Source: Parachlamydiales bacterium (GTDB lineage: Bacteria; Chlamydiota; Chlamydiia; Chlamydiales; Parachlamydiaceae). Taken from it: 64,000 nucleotides of DNA. A program made the position numbers and the translations under genes. Below, in pieces: positions 29,567-38,952 of this stretch. The notes below the pieces were generated by a model. It saw only the letters and a program-made list of their open reading frames with translations, was not told the origin of the DNA and ran no database searches. The stretch covers positions 1 through 64,000 of the forward strand of contig JAGVJP010000041.1 in NCBI GenBank assembly GCA_020051075.1, read 5' to 3'. How positions within the stretch are numbered: the first letter of the stretch is position 1; each line of letters opens with the position of its first letter.

Positions 29567-31522
29567 CTATTTATCGTCGATGATTTCGACTTCAGCCTCT
29601 TCAATGTCATCATCCCCTTTCTTTTGCTGTTGTTGTTGGTGGTGCTGCTGCTGGCCATCATGGCTTTCTCCATGTTCGGCATGGGCATGAGCTTCACCAT
29701 GTCCTGCAGCCTTCGACATCGATTCGCCAATGTGTTGCATGGACTTTTCCAGTTCTTCTTTAGCTGTGCGGATCCTTCCCAAATCTTGTGATTCAAGAGC
29801 CTTTTTCACAGCATCGATTTTACCGGCGACTTCATCGGCAACTTCTTTAGGGATTTTATCCTTATATTCATTGAGGGCCTTTTCTGCTCGGAAGGCTTGT
29901 CCATCCGCATCATTGCGCAGTTCGACCTCATCTTTCTTTTTCTTATCTTCATCGGCGTGCATTTCTGCATCTCGAATCATCCGCTTGATCTCATCTTCTT
30001 GGAGGCCAGATTGCGCTTCAATGCGGATTTTTTGTTCTTTTCCGCTCGAGAGATCTTTGGCGGAAACATGCAAAATCCCGTCTGCATCGATATCGAATGC
30101 AACCTCGATTTGAGGTGTTCCACGAGGGGAGGGGGGGATATCTGTCAGATCGAAGCGGCCGATTTCTTTGTTGTCGTTGGCCATCTTACGTTCACCTTGC
30201 AAGACGCGGATGGTGACGGCAGGCTGGTTATCGGCAGCAGTCGAAAACACTTGTTTTTTCTGTGTTGGGATGGTTGTGTTTCGCTCGACCAAAGGCGTCA
30301 GCACACCACCCAATGTTTCGATCCCTAGCGTGAGGGGGTTGACATCCAAAAGCAGAACATCTTTGACTTCCCCAGTCAAAACGCCCCCTTGGATTGCTGC
30401 ACCGACGGCGACAACTTCATCGGGGTTGACTCCTTTATGTCCTTCTTTGCCAAAAATAGTTTTAACCATATCTTGAACAGCAGGCATTCTGGACATTCCA
30501 CCCACAAGGATCACTTCACCGATGTCATCTTTGGTTAAACCAGAATCTTTTAAAGCCTTTAAGCAGGGTTCACGAGTCCGTTCAGTTAGATCGTGCGTGA
30601 GGCTCTCGAGCTTTGATCGGTTCAATGTCATCGATAGGTGCTTAGGTCCGCTGGCATCCATTGTGATGAAAGGCTGGTTAATTTCTGTTGTCTGAACGCC
30701 GGACAGCTCGATTTTAGCTTTTTCAGCAGCATCGCGGAGCCGTTGTAGAGCCATTTTATCGTGGCTAAGGTCGATGCCTTGTTCTTGTTTGAAGGTGTCA
30801 ATCATCCATTTTAGGATAGCATTGTCATAGTCATCGCCTCCTAAGTGGGTATCGCCATTCGTTGACAGCACCTCGAAAACCCCGTCGCCGATTTCGAGGA
30901 TAGAGATATCGAATGTTCCTCCTCCTAAGTCGAAGACAGCGATTTTTTTATCTGTATGCTGCTTGTCTAAGCCGTAGGCAAGAGCTGCAGCTGTGGGTTC
31001 AGGAATGATTCTTTTGACATCTAACCCTGCAATACGGCCCGCATCTTTTGTCGATTGCCGCTGCGAGTCATTGAAGTATGCTGGAACGGTGATGACTGCC
31101 TCTGTGATTTTCTCCCCGAGATAGGCTTCCGCAGTCTCTTTCATTTTAATGAGAATCTGTGCGCCAATCTCTTCGGGCGTCATCATTTTGCCTTGGACAT
31201 CAAAGACGACGTCGCCATTGCTGTTGTTGGTGACTTTGTAGGGGACAGTTTTGATTTCGCTTAATACCTCTTGATATTTTCTGCCAATGAATCGCTTGGA
31301 TGAGGTGATCGTATTTTCAGGGTTGGTGACTGCTTGTCGTTTTGCTGGGACGCCGACTAGCCGTTCATTCCCTTTAAAGGCCACAACAGAAGGTGTTGTC
31401 CGTGTTCCTTCTGCAGAAGCGATGACTTTTGGAGTCCCCCCTTCCATGATCGCAACACATGAATTGGTTGTGCCCAAGTCAATCCCAATGATACGTCCTT
31501 TTTTTTCTTTTCCTTGACTCAT
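29567..31522 (-). CDS. dnaK: Chaperone DnaK
   Basis: [42 protein letters not shown] before ATG 31522. Confidence 0.99.
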   Translation of the reverse strand: MSQGKEKKGRIIGIDLGTTNSCVAIMEGGTPKVIASAEGTRTTPSVVAFKGNERLVGVPAKRQAVTNPENTITSSKRFIGRKYQEVLSEIKTVPYKVTNNSNGDVVFDVQGKMMTPEEIGAQILIKMKETAEAYLGEKITEAVITVPAYFNDSQRQSTKDAGRIAGLDVKRIIPEPTAAALAYGLDKQHTDKKIAVFDLGGGTFDISILEIGDGVFEVLSTNGDTHLGGDDYDNAILKWMIDTFKQEQGIDLSHDKMALQRLRDAAEKAKIELSGVQTTEINQPFITMDASGPKHLSMTLNRSKLESLTHDLTERTREPCLKALKDSGLTKDDIGEVILVGGMSRMPAVQDMVKTIFGKEGHKGVNPDEVVAVGAAIQGGVLTGEVKDVLLLDVNPLTLGIETLGGVLTPLVERNTTIPTQKKQVFSTAADNQPAVTIRVLQGERKMANDNKEIGRFDLTDIPPSPRGTPQIEVAFDIDADGILHVSAKDLSSGKEQKIRIEAQSGLQEDEIKRMIRDAEMHADEDKKKKDEVELRNDADGQAFRAEKALNEYKDKIPKEVADEVAGKIDAVKKALESQDLGRIRTAKEELEKSMQHIGESMSKAAGHGEAHAHAEHGESHDGQQQHHQQQQQKKGDDDIEEAEVEIIDDK

Positions 31523-31597
31523 ATTCAATGCTCCTATTTATAGTTACTATTCGTAAGCGCTCAAGACCCATTTTAGAAGGCCTGGATCTCCGAACGG

Positions 31598-32215
31598 CTA
31601 TTGATTTTCTTCGTTATTCTCTTGTTTAGTTGAGAGGTCTGGTGATTTTGCTACTTTAACGCGAGCGGGCCTGATTGTCTTTTCACCCATTTTGTATCCT
31701 TTCCTGCACTCTTCAACGATAGATCCAGGATGTTGAGCCGTCGTTTCAACCATTTCAATCGCTTCGTGGAGGTGTGGGTCGAACGTATTTCCAAGTGATT
31801 CTGTAGCGGTGATACCGTTTTGAGCAAGGGTATCTTTAAATTGTGCAAGAATCATCTGAAATCCGACTGCCCAGTTGCGGACCTCATCGGACATATCCTG
31901 AGCAAACCGCAATGCGTTTTCCAAGTTGTCGATAGGCTGTAACATCTCAAGAACAATATTTTCGATCGCATATCTGCTAATGTCTTGTTTTTCTTTTTGC
32001 AGTCTTTTGCGTGCATTTTCAGCATCGGCAAGGAGCCGTAGATACTTATCCTTGTAATCCATCAACTCGTGCTGAAGCTTTTTTAGTTCTTCATCGGTGA
32101 TCATCACTTGTTTAGGCCTCATTGCGGCAGAAGCAAATTCCTCAAGTGTGGGCAGGTCTTCAATACTTTCCGGGTTTTCTGGTGGCAATTCTTGGTCCTG
32201 ATCCTGTTCGTCCAT
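31598..32215 (-). CDS. grpE: Nucleotide exchange factor GrpE
   Basis: YLRLLADAENARKR, FDPHLHEA, KGYK..IRPARVKV. Confidence 0.97.
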   Translation of the reverse strand: MDEQDQDQELPPENPESIEDLPTLEEFASAAMRPKQVMITDEELKKLQHELMDYKDKYLRLLADAENARKRLQKEKQDISRYAIENIVLEMLQPIDNLENALRFAQDMSDEVRNWAVGFQMILAQFKDTLAQNGITATESLGNTFDPHLHEAIEMVETTAQHPGSIVEECRKGYKMGEKTIRPARVKVAKSPDLSTKQENNEENQ

Positions 32216-32227
32216 AAATTCGTCTCC

Positions 32228-33427
32228 TCATGATAGAGTTTTTTCATCTGATTGATTTTTATTTTCTAATAAAATAAGCCGCGATTGTCCGATTAGGCGA
32301 TGTTCTTCTTTTTGCAGATATTGCTTGCCTGTTTCGGGATGGCGGAAACTAATTTTAAATTTGTAGACATTGCGGGTGAGCGTCTCGCTGATACAGTTTG
32401 AGAAATGGTGCAGAATGCCAAATAGGGTGCGGTAAGGAATCCTTATGGGGCATAATAACCCAACAGCCCCGATAGGATGTTGGTTGATGTAATAGGGGAT
32501 AGACAAGACAGCGCAGTTCGGATTGGTTCCAGCATAATGGGTGAGATCTGATCCAATCCATATTTTCACTTGATTTAATCCCTGGCATTCTCTGAGAAGG
32601 AGTCGCATACTGTGTCCATTTTCAAAGAGAGAAAGCCCTCCAGATAGCTTTGATGCATCTTGGAAGTCCGCATAGGTTAGCAGTCTTGAAAATCCGGTGC
32701 GATAGATGTCTTCATCGACGAAATTAGAGTAGCCAACAATATAGCGGACCATGAGTTCATTATAGAAAGTTTTACCGATTTTTTCTTCTTCGGGTTCGAG
32801 GTTTTCCGGCATCCCTATGCCAGTGAGGCGCCAATGAAAGTAACTTTCAATTCTTTTGAGGGCAAAAGTAGAAAGTTTTGCCTGCAAATGGAGAATTTCA
32901 GTTTGTATGACGCCAAAGTCTGAGATTAAGATGCTTAGGCAGCGAAATGCGTCTAAGGAGACAAGTTTGATATCGATGATGTAATCGTGGTCGAAGCGTG
33001 GGGCAGATAAGAAAACAGCGCAGTTGCAAGCGTTTGCAAGACTTTCGGCAGCTTGTTGTAAATAACGGGCAATTTCTCTCGATTGAAATTCCTGCAGCGA
33101 ATTAAATTCCTGTATTTCTGGCACAGGGAGCTGAGGCGAATCGATATAATCCTGGGCGTAGGCTCGAAATGCTTTATCGGTAGGGATTCTTCCGCCGGAA
33201 GAGTGCGATTGCGACAGGTAGCCCTCTTCTTCTAAGTTGGCAAAATAATTTCGGATGGTCGCGGAGCTAAGATCGCCAAAACCGGCATCTTTAAGGGTGT
33301 TGGAACCCACAGGTTTTCCGGTTTGGATGTAATGGTCGACCAAACCCAATAAAACCTTTTGTTCTCGTCCTTGCTTGTTAAGACGCTTAATGGGGAGTGG
33401 TTTCAAACTTTTCAAGATATGCCTCAT
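32228..33427 (-). CDS. hrcA: Heat-inducible repressor HrcA with chlamydial C-terminal extension
   Basis: YIQTGKPVGS, LSSATIRN, HSSGGRIPTDK. Confidence 0.96.
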   Translation of the reverse strand: MRHILKSLKPLPIKRLNKQGREQKVLLGLVDHYIQTGKPVGSNTLKDAGFGDLSSATIRNYFANLEEEGYLSQSHSSGGRIPTDKAFRAYAQDYIDSPQLPVPEIQEFNSLQEFQSREIARYLQQAAESLANACNCAVFLSAPRFDHDYIIDIKLVSLDAFRCLSILISDFGVIQTEILHLQAKLSTFALKRIESYFHWRLTGIGMPENLEPEEEKIGKTFYNELMVRYIVGYSNFVDEDIYRTGFSRLLTYADFQDASKLSGGLSLFENGHSMRLLLRECQGLNQVKIWIGSDLTHYAGTNPNCAVLSIPYYINQHPIGAVGLLCPIRIPYRTLFGILHHFSNCISETLTRNVYKFKISFRHPETGKQYLQKEEHRLIGQSRLILLENKNQSDEKTLS

Positions 33428-33455
33428 TCACTCTGAACAGTTAGGAATATCTCAT

Positions 33456-33484
33456 ATTTTAAGAAAAAAAGAGTATTTGGTCAA
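33456..33484 (-). promoter_or_regulatory. sigma66 promoter of hrcA-grpE-dnaK
   Basis: TTGACC-N17-TAAAAT on the minus strand. Confidence 0.8.
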
Positions 33485-33490
33485 CGAAAT

Positions 33491-33517
33491 TTAGCAGTTG
33501 ATGGATTTGAGTGCTGA
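33491..33517. promoter_or_regulatory. CIRCE operator (HrcA site)
   Basis: TTAGCAGTT-N9-GAGTGCTGA versus consensus TTAGCACTC-N9-GAGTGCTAA, just upstream of the -35 box. Confidence 0.85.
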
Positions 33518-33522
33518 ATTCG

Positions 33523-33812
33523 ACAAGATAGGCAGGATAAACAAAGAACAAGATTGACAGGATAAGCAAAAAAACAGGATAGGCAGGATCGCTGCGCGGC
33601 AGGATGGGCAGGATAAAGAAAAAACAGGATAGGAAAGATAATAGAAGGATGAATAAGGTGCAGTAGGCTTCTTTTTTCTATTTCCTTTTTATCCTTCCAA
33701 TCCTACCTATCCCGTTTCTTTATCCTGTCTATCCTGCCGCGAAGCGATCCTGCCTATCCTGTTTTTTGCTTATCTTGCCTATCCTGTTTTTTGTTTATCC
33801 TGTCTATCTTGT
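33523..33812. repeat. CAGGATA-family element of about 290 bp, overlapping the GDH 3' end
   Basis: Long inverted arms of CAGGATA(G/A) units with GATCGC(TG/TT)CGCGGC core. Confidence 0.92.
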
Positions 33813-36800
33813 TGCAAAATGATGGGAAGGATGTCCACGAGTGAAGGGGACCAATCAAGTCCCTTTTTATAGATGATCTGTGCTGATAAATGGCAAGCAA
33901 TAATCGCTTTCTTGTGGTGTTCGGGAATTTCTTTTAGCAGTTGAGCTGAGTAGCGATCTCTCAGAGTGGGTAAGCAGTAATCTAAAAAGCAGCTGATCAT
34001 CGGATCATCGGGTTTATCTGATAGAGGATGTAAGTCAAGATAATCAAGCAGTTGATAAGTGTAATAATTGATCCTTTCAGAAATGCGATCGGAGATGACG
34101 GTTAATGGCTCTCCTGTTTGTTGGTGAGTCCGAAAAAGGAGCTGGGCTTCATTATAGGCGCATTGCCGCAACCTGGCGAGGATTTCTTCCACAAGGGCTT
34201 CTTTATGTTCTAGAAAAGCGTGTTCGTTGAGGGTCAGTCCGCAAAGAACTTCAAATGACGAGCAGATGACTCCGCATTTATTTGCGGAGCTGTCTTTGAT
34301 GATGAGGACTCCTCTTTCTTCAAGATATCGCCTTCCGTTTTCATTCAGATAGAGATTGGCTCCCTCTATAATAGCTTTTGCAGAAGGTTTCCCCGTCTCG
34401 TCGAGGAATTCTTTGATGTTCAATTCATTCAAAGTTCTGGGACGTCCTCCGGCAGGGATAAAAATATCGGCATGTGTTTGGTGGACATTGATGCGCAAAA
34501 GGTGGTTCGTGTCGCTGCCTGATAACCACGTTTCAATCAAACCATTTTCTGATTTTTTCCAACAAAGTGTTTCTTGAATATAAGGAGAGGGGAATCTATT
34601 TATCGATTTGTCGACCAAAAAACCACCTGAAGATAATCTGTCGGGAGGATAGTTGTTGATTCCTTTGCTTTGATGAAAGAGCTCTTTGATGATTGATAAG
34701 TCAAGCCCATTGCCGTCGCGGATTGTCCCAGTGCCATCGGTTAGAGCGACAACTTTTGCAGTATTCCGATAGAATTTGTACAAGTTGAGCAGTTGATTTC
34801 CTGCGACATCGCCGTCCGGACCCCCTGTCATTTTGACAGTAAAAGACTGTTTCACGGGATCTATTCCCAAGTACTTTAACGTTTCATGCATGTAAACATT
34901 GATCCCAAGAGAAGTGACACCATATTCTTTATGGTTTATCCCTAAAGAAGGTTTGCTAGAAATGAAGGCTCCGCCTGGTTTATAGTGATACTTTTTACTG
35001 AAATTGGCAATCCAATCGATCATGGAATCATGCATGTTTTCGTCGGGACCAAGATAGATATATTCCGCCCTCTTCCAATAGTCTACAATGAAGCGGGCTC
35101 GGATTTTCCCATTTTCATCGCAATTGATAATCGTGACAAGGCTTTCAATAAATGCCCGTTGGGATTGATATAGATACTCTAATTTTTGGTCTTCTCGATA
35201 AGTTTTAAGGCGCTTTTTAATTTCTTCTGAGTCGATTTTCAACCATTCCAGCTCCTTTTGTAGAATAGAAGTTTCTGCGTCGATTTTAGAGTAGAGCTGC
35301 AAGAAGATTACCCCTTTTGCACCACCTTCTGGGATATCCTTGTTCTTTTTGTGTTGTGTTAAAGCCAGATTATAGCATTCTGTGAAAACATGGTTGCGCT
35401 CAGCTGACATTTGCTCCACTTGTTGTGGATAGATCGTTCGCAGACCCCCTCTTGCGAGGTCTTTAAAACGGATATGAAAGCCAAAGAACTGCATGCCGCG
35501 GATGTAGAAGATTCCATAAGGAAGTTCTGGATATTTTCTTGTTCGATCAAAAGGGATTTCATCGAGGTATTTTGGATCAAGGCGGAAGCTCATTGCAGTG
35601 TAGTAAAGTCTATAAAAATTGGTTTTCAGGGTGTGGTTAATGAAATTCATTCCCTGCTGAAGCACATTCTTTCGTCTGATATCGTTTCCTCCTTGCCCAG
35701 TATCGAGTTGTGAGACCTCTGATAGGAAGATTGTACGTGCTTCGACAAATTTCTCTAGATTATAATAATTCGGATCAAACCGCAGTTTAAAAGCTTCGCA
35801 TAGCTGCAGCGTTAATTCAGGATGTCGACAGATGGCTTCTTCAACGTTTTCAATTGTATAAATATGGCTGTCGACATTGACAAGTGCTTGATGAATGAAG
35901 TTGACCATTGCTCGCAAGAGGTTGCCCTGATTTCCGCTGATATATCCTGTATCGATAAGGGTTTTGCAAATCAAATCTTCTTCTTCAAAATATTTGAAAG
36001 TTGTGACTTCGCGGAGAAAATCGGGGATGTCTGCAACATCCCAGACGGCTTGGCCATTACTTCCATGAAGGCTAAGAGCCATGACAAGGATGTTTTGTTT
36101 ATGGTAAGAATCAGTATAGGTGGCATTAACTCTTTTCATGCTCAAACCATGTCGGAAGACTACCTGAGCAAGTCGATACAGGAAATTATGCTTCGGTGTG
36201 TTGCGCCAAGCCAATACCAAATGCATCGAAGCGCCGCCTGTATTCTGCCAGTCTTCATCGTAGCGGACTTCAAACTGGCAGTAATCGCGGGTTTGGGCTC
36301 GAAACCACAGATTCAAGGCAAGAGCAAGTCGATCTTGAGGGAGCGATTGCAAAAAATGGCTATTCATCTTTGCTAAGAGTTCTTCGAAATCCTCTTCGGT
36401 GACAGACGGGTGCTGTAAACGGAGGAGCTTCCATAGCATTTGTTTTGCGTCTTCTGGGAGAATTTTTTCATGGGTTTCTACAGCCTCGGTAAAATCAATT
36501 GTCGTGATTCGCAATGATTGAGTTACTCCAGAAAAAGGAGCTCGTTCCTTGGAGACATAAGTTTGATAGTTTTTGATTCCATAAACGGAATAATATTGTA
36601 AAATATGCAGATCAGCTTGAGGGGTATCTAATGTAAGAGCAATGGCGGTGTTTTTCCGAGTGATGCAGGAAAAGTAATCTTGCAGGTCTAATCCCATTAG
36701 ACTGTGGGTAATCAAAATTAAATTTTCAGGATCGACCTCCTCAAAAAAAATTTTTGGCATCGTCCTCTCTAGCCAGAGATAGTACTCCTGAAACTTTACC

Positions 36801-36865
36801 CCTTCACGAGCTGCCGCCTGCATGAGGTTTGAACTAAGACTTTGAGGTGCTGATTCATCAGTCAT
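33779..36865 (-). CDS. gdh: Large NAD-specific glutamate dehydrogenase
   Basis: HIRFKDLARGGLR, KNKDIPEGGAKG, LGPDEN, HKEYGVTS, GGPDGDVAGN, IEGANL, DSSANKCGVICSSFE. Confidence 0.93.
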   Translation of the reverse strand: MTDESAPQSLSSNLMQAAAREGVKFQEYYLWLERTMPKIFFEEVDPENLILITHSLMGLDLQDYFSCITRKNTAIALTLDTPQADLHILQYYSVYGIKNYQTYVSKERAPFSGVTQSLRITTIDFTEAVETHEKILPEDAKQMLWKLLRLQHPSVTEEDFEELLAKMNSHFLQSLPQDRLALALNLWFRAQTRDYCQFEVRYDEDWQNTGGASMHLVLAWRNTPKHNFLYRLAQVVFRHGLSMKRVNATYTDSYHKQNILVMALSLHGSNGQAVWDVADIPDFLREVTTFKYFEEEDLICKTLIDTGYISGNQGNLLRAMVNFIHQALVNVDSHIYTIENVEEAICRHPELTLQLCEAFKLRFDPNYYNLEKFVEARTIFLSEVSQLDTGQGGNDIRRKNVLQQGMNFINHTLKTNFYRLYYTAMSFRLDPKYLDEIPFDRTRKYPELPYGIFYIRGMQFFGFHIRFKDLARGGLRTIYPQQVEQMSAERNHVFTECYNLALTQHKKNKDIPEGGAKGVIFLQLYSKIDAETSILQKELEWLKIDSEEIKKRLKTYREDQKLEYLYQSQRAFIESLVTIINCDENGKIRARFIVDYWKRAEYIYLGPDENMHDSMIDWIANFSKKYHYKPGGAFISSKPSLGINHKEYGVTSLGINVYMHETLKYLGIDPVKQSFTVKMTGGPDGDVAGNQLLNLYKFYRNTAKVVALTDGTGTIRDGNGLDLSIIKELFHQSKGINNYPPDRLSSGGFLVDKSINRFPSPYIQETLCWKKSENGLIETWLSGSDTNHLLRINVHQTHADIFIPAGGRPRTLNELNIKEFLDETGKPSAKAIIEGANLYLNENGRRYLEERGVLIIKDSSANKCGVICSSFEVLCGLTLNEHAFLEHKEALVEEILARLRQCAYNEAQLLFRTHQQTGEPLTVISDRISERINYYTYQLLDYLDLHPLSDKPDDPMISCFLDYCLPTLRDRYSAQLLKEIPEHHKKAIIACHLSAQIIYKKGLDWSPSLVDILPIILQQDRQDKQKTG

Positions 36866-37108
36866 AATTGGTCGCTCCCACTATAAATTGGAATATTGCA
36901 CAAGTGTATATTAAAGACAACCTGGGAGTCGAAATGGATAAATATGAACAAAAATGGACAAATATAACATGAGAGTTGGTTCATAATATATTTTTTCTTT
37001 TATGATCTGAATTAGGTTGTTTTTTATTGAATTTCTGTAGACTTGTTTTTTGTCTTGACAAAACATAGCTAATTTATTATATTTGGATTCATTGTTTTAG
37101 TAACTAAA

Positions 37109-37570
37109 ATGGAGAGGTTTATGAATTTGTGTGCTTTGGATCGCGAGATGATGGAACCTATACTTAAGAGAGCTGCTGTGATGGGGGCAATCGGTGGGAC
37201 TTTAGGTTTTCTCCAAGCGGTTATAGGCAAAACGGATAAGAAATTGGTAGTCATTGCCTATTCAGTTTTTTTCATGTCTAGCTTTATTCTTAGCAGTATC
37301 GTCCATAAATCTGTCGTTCGTGTGTGGGGTCCGGTAAAGAGCATGATGGAACCACTTTGCTTAGCAAGCGCTATTTGGAATACTGTAGAAGGGACAATTG
37401 CGATTGTTGCTTTCAGAAAACTCGGTTTAATTGGTTTTAAGGGAACTGCTTTGATGGCAACTCTATATGGGGCGATTGTTTTTTATCGATTGACAGGTTT
37501 GAGTGATGAATGGCGAGAAAAAATTGTTAAGAGATCTTTTTCACCGTTTGAACTTATCAGGATATACTAA
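37109..37570 (+). CDS. Small membrane protein, paralog 1
   Basis: About 4 hydrophobic segments; DKKLV and FRKLGLIGFKGT. Confidence 0.7.
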   Translation: MERFMNLCALDREMMEPILKRAAVMGAIGGTLGFLQAVIGKTDKKLVVIAYSVFFMSSFILSSIVHKSVVRVWGPVKSMMEPLCLASAIWNTVEGTIAIVAFRKLGLIGFKGTALMATLYGAIVFYRLTGLSDEWREKIVKRSFSPFELIRIY

Positions 37571-37786
37571 CTTTTAAAGGCTTTTCTGTCAAAAGATGTT
37601 GGAAAGAACCAGTGAAATGGCAAATCACAATTACTGAATACCTAAGACAAATTTTAGAATAACCTCTATTTCTTTTAGCTCTTTTAAAGAGAAATTCTCT
37701 ATTTTCTTTTTTTATAAAAAAAATCCGACTTGCAAACTTTGCTTTGTTTTGTTACAATTTCGATTAATTATAAATCGAGGTGAAAA

Positions 37787-38227
37787 ATGAATGTAATGAC
37801 AAAAAAGCTTGCTGTAGAACTGTTCGGGGCGTCTTTGGGTTGTGGAGTTCTTGGTCTGGGTTATTCAACTTACTATAAGTTAGATAAAAGAATAGTGATA
37901 CCGTTTTTTATCATTGGCTTGATTTTAGCCCGTGTGGGTGCTGAATTTAGCATAGTGGAAGCAAACAAGAATCTGGGAGGGCGTGAATTCAAGGAGCTCC
38001 CTAGAAAAGATTCTCTAAAACACGCACGCATACATAGTTTGAATATGTTAGTTCAGACTTCTGTTCTGACAATAGCACTTATCAGTGGAAGACAATTGGG
38101 AATATTTGGATCCAAAGCGACAATATTCATCAGTATTGCTGTAATTTCTTTATTGGCAACGTGCCCTTTTGCGTTTCTTGGAGCGAAAGCTCAACCCGAG
38201 AATCCTGAAGAATTAAAAAACGCTTAA
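37787..38227 (+). CDS. Small membrane protein, paralog 2
   Basis: GAGG RBS; YYKLDKRIV and GRQLGIFGSKAT. Confidence 0.75.
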   Translation: MNVMTKKLAVELFGASLGCGVLGLGYSTYYKLDKRIVIPFFIIGLILARVGAEFSIVEANKNLGGREFKELPRKDSLKHARIHSLNMLVQTSVLTIALISGRQLGIFGSKATIFISIAVISLLATCPFAFLGAKAQPENPEELKNA

Positions 38228-38281
38228 GCTAACATAAGCACAACCTGTTCCATGTTCAACATCAAAAGATGTGGGTACAAT

Positions 38282-38318
38282 TGCGTGCGTGTCCGAGCTC
38301 GGATTACCCCGTTAACGG
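38282..38318. repeat. Degenerate solo copy of the GCCCGA-family repeat
   Basis: TGCGTGTCCGAGCTCGGATTACCCCGTTAACGG resembles GTGCGTGCCCGAG (41787 area) and GCTCGGATTTCTACCTCGTTAACGG (42320-42344). Confidence 0.55.
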
Positions 38319-38408
38319 CTGCCTGTATAGATGATTTTTGTGTTGTAGTTTTTATCGTGTTTCGTTAGAATTTTGTTTGTTTATTAAACCTTAGTTAGGA
38401 GTAAAAAA

Positions 38409-38873
38409 ATGGATGTGAAAGGATTTGGTTTTAGTTTAGCAAAAAATGTTACTCAAGCAGGAGTCGTAGGTCTTTGTTATTCGGCTTACTACAAGTTAGA
38501 TAAAAAATTGGTTACATCATTTTTTGTTGGTAATGCTATTGTTGGGGTATGCCTGTCATACTTAACTGGAGTGGCTCAAGCGTACGAAAATGTAGGAACA
38601 ATGTTCGAATCTAGAACAACAGCAATTGAGCTTGCAAAAAAATTTGCGTTGTTTGCTGGGGGCATAACAGTTTGCTGCGCTATACAAACTATTGTCGGCA
38701 GGCAGCTAGGAATATACGGAACAAAAGCTACAATCTTGATGGTCATGAACTGTGCGGGGATAATTGGTGGTGCAGGTTGGATTTATTTTCAAGCAAAGAA
38801 TGCCTCTGAAGAACAATTACTTATGATCAGTCGTACACTTAAGAGTAGATATCGACCAGTTGGTATCCGGTAG
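38409..38873 (+). CDS. Small membrane protein, paralog 3
   Basis: AGGAG RBS; YYKLDKKLV and GRQLGIYGTKAT. Confidence 0.75.
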   Translation: MDVKGFGFSLAKNVTQAGVVGLCYSAYYKLDKKLVTSFFVGNAIVGVCLSYLTGVAQAYENVGTMFESRTTAIELAKKFALFAGGITVCCAIQTIVGRQLGIYGTKATILMVMNCAGIIGGAGWIYFQAKNASEEQLLMISRTLKSRYRPVGIR

Positions 38874-38952
38874 TAACCAAAACGGCAAGAATTAAGCCCT
38901 TTGCATCGTTTTGGGTCATTTTGTTTAATGCCAAAATCAGCAAAGTGAGCGG

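Noticed and set aside
33523..33812. CAGGATA repeats as CRISPR or ncRNA genes
   Set aside because: Irregular short units in inverted arrangement; no repeat-spacer periodicity or recognisable RNA family.
29730..36402. Long antisense ORFs over dnaK and GDH
   Set aside because: Typical shadow frames of conserved genes, with no RBS or motif support.
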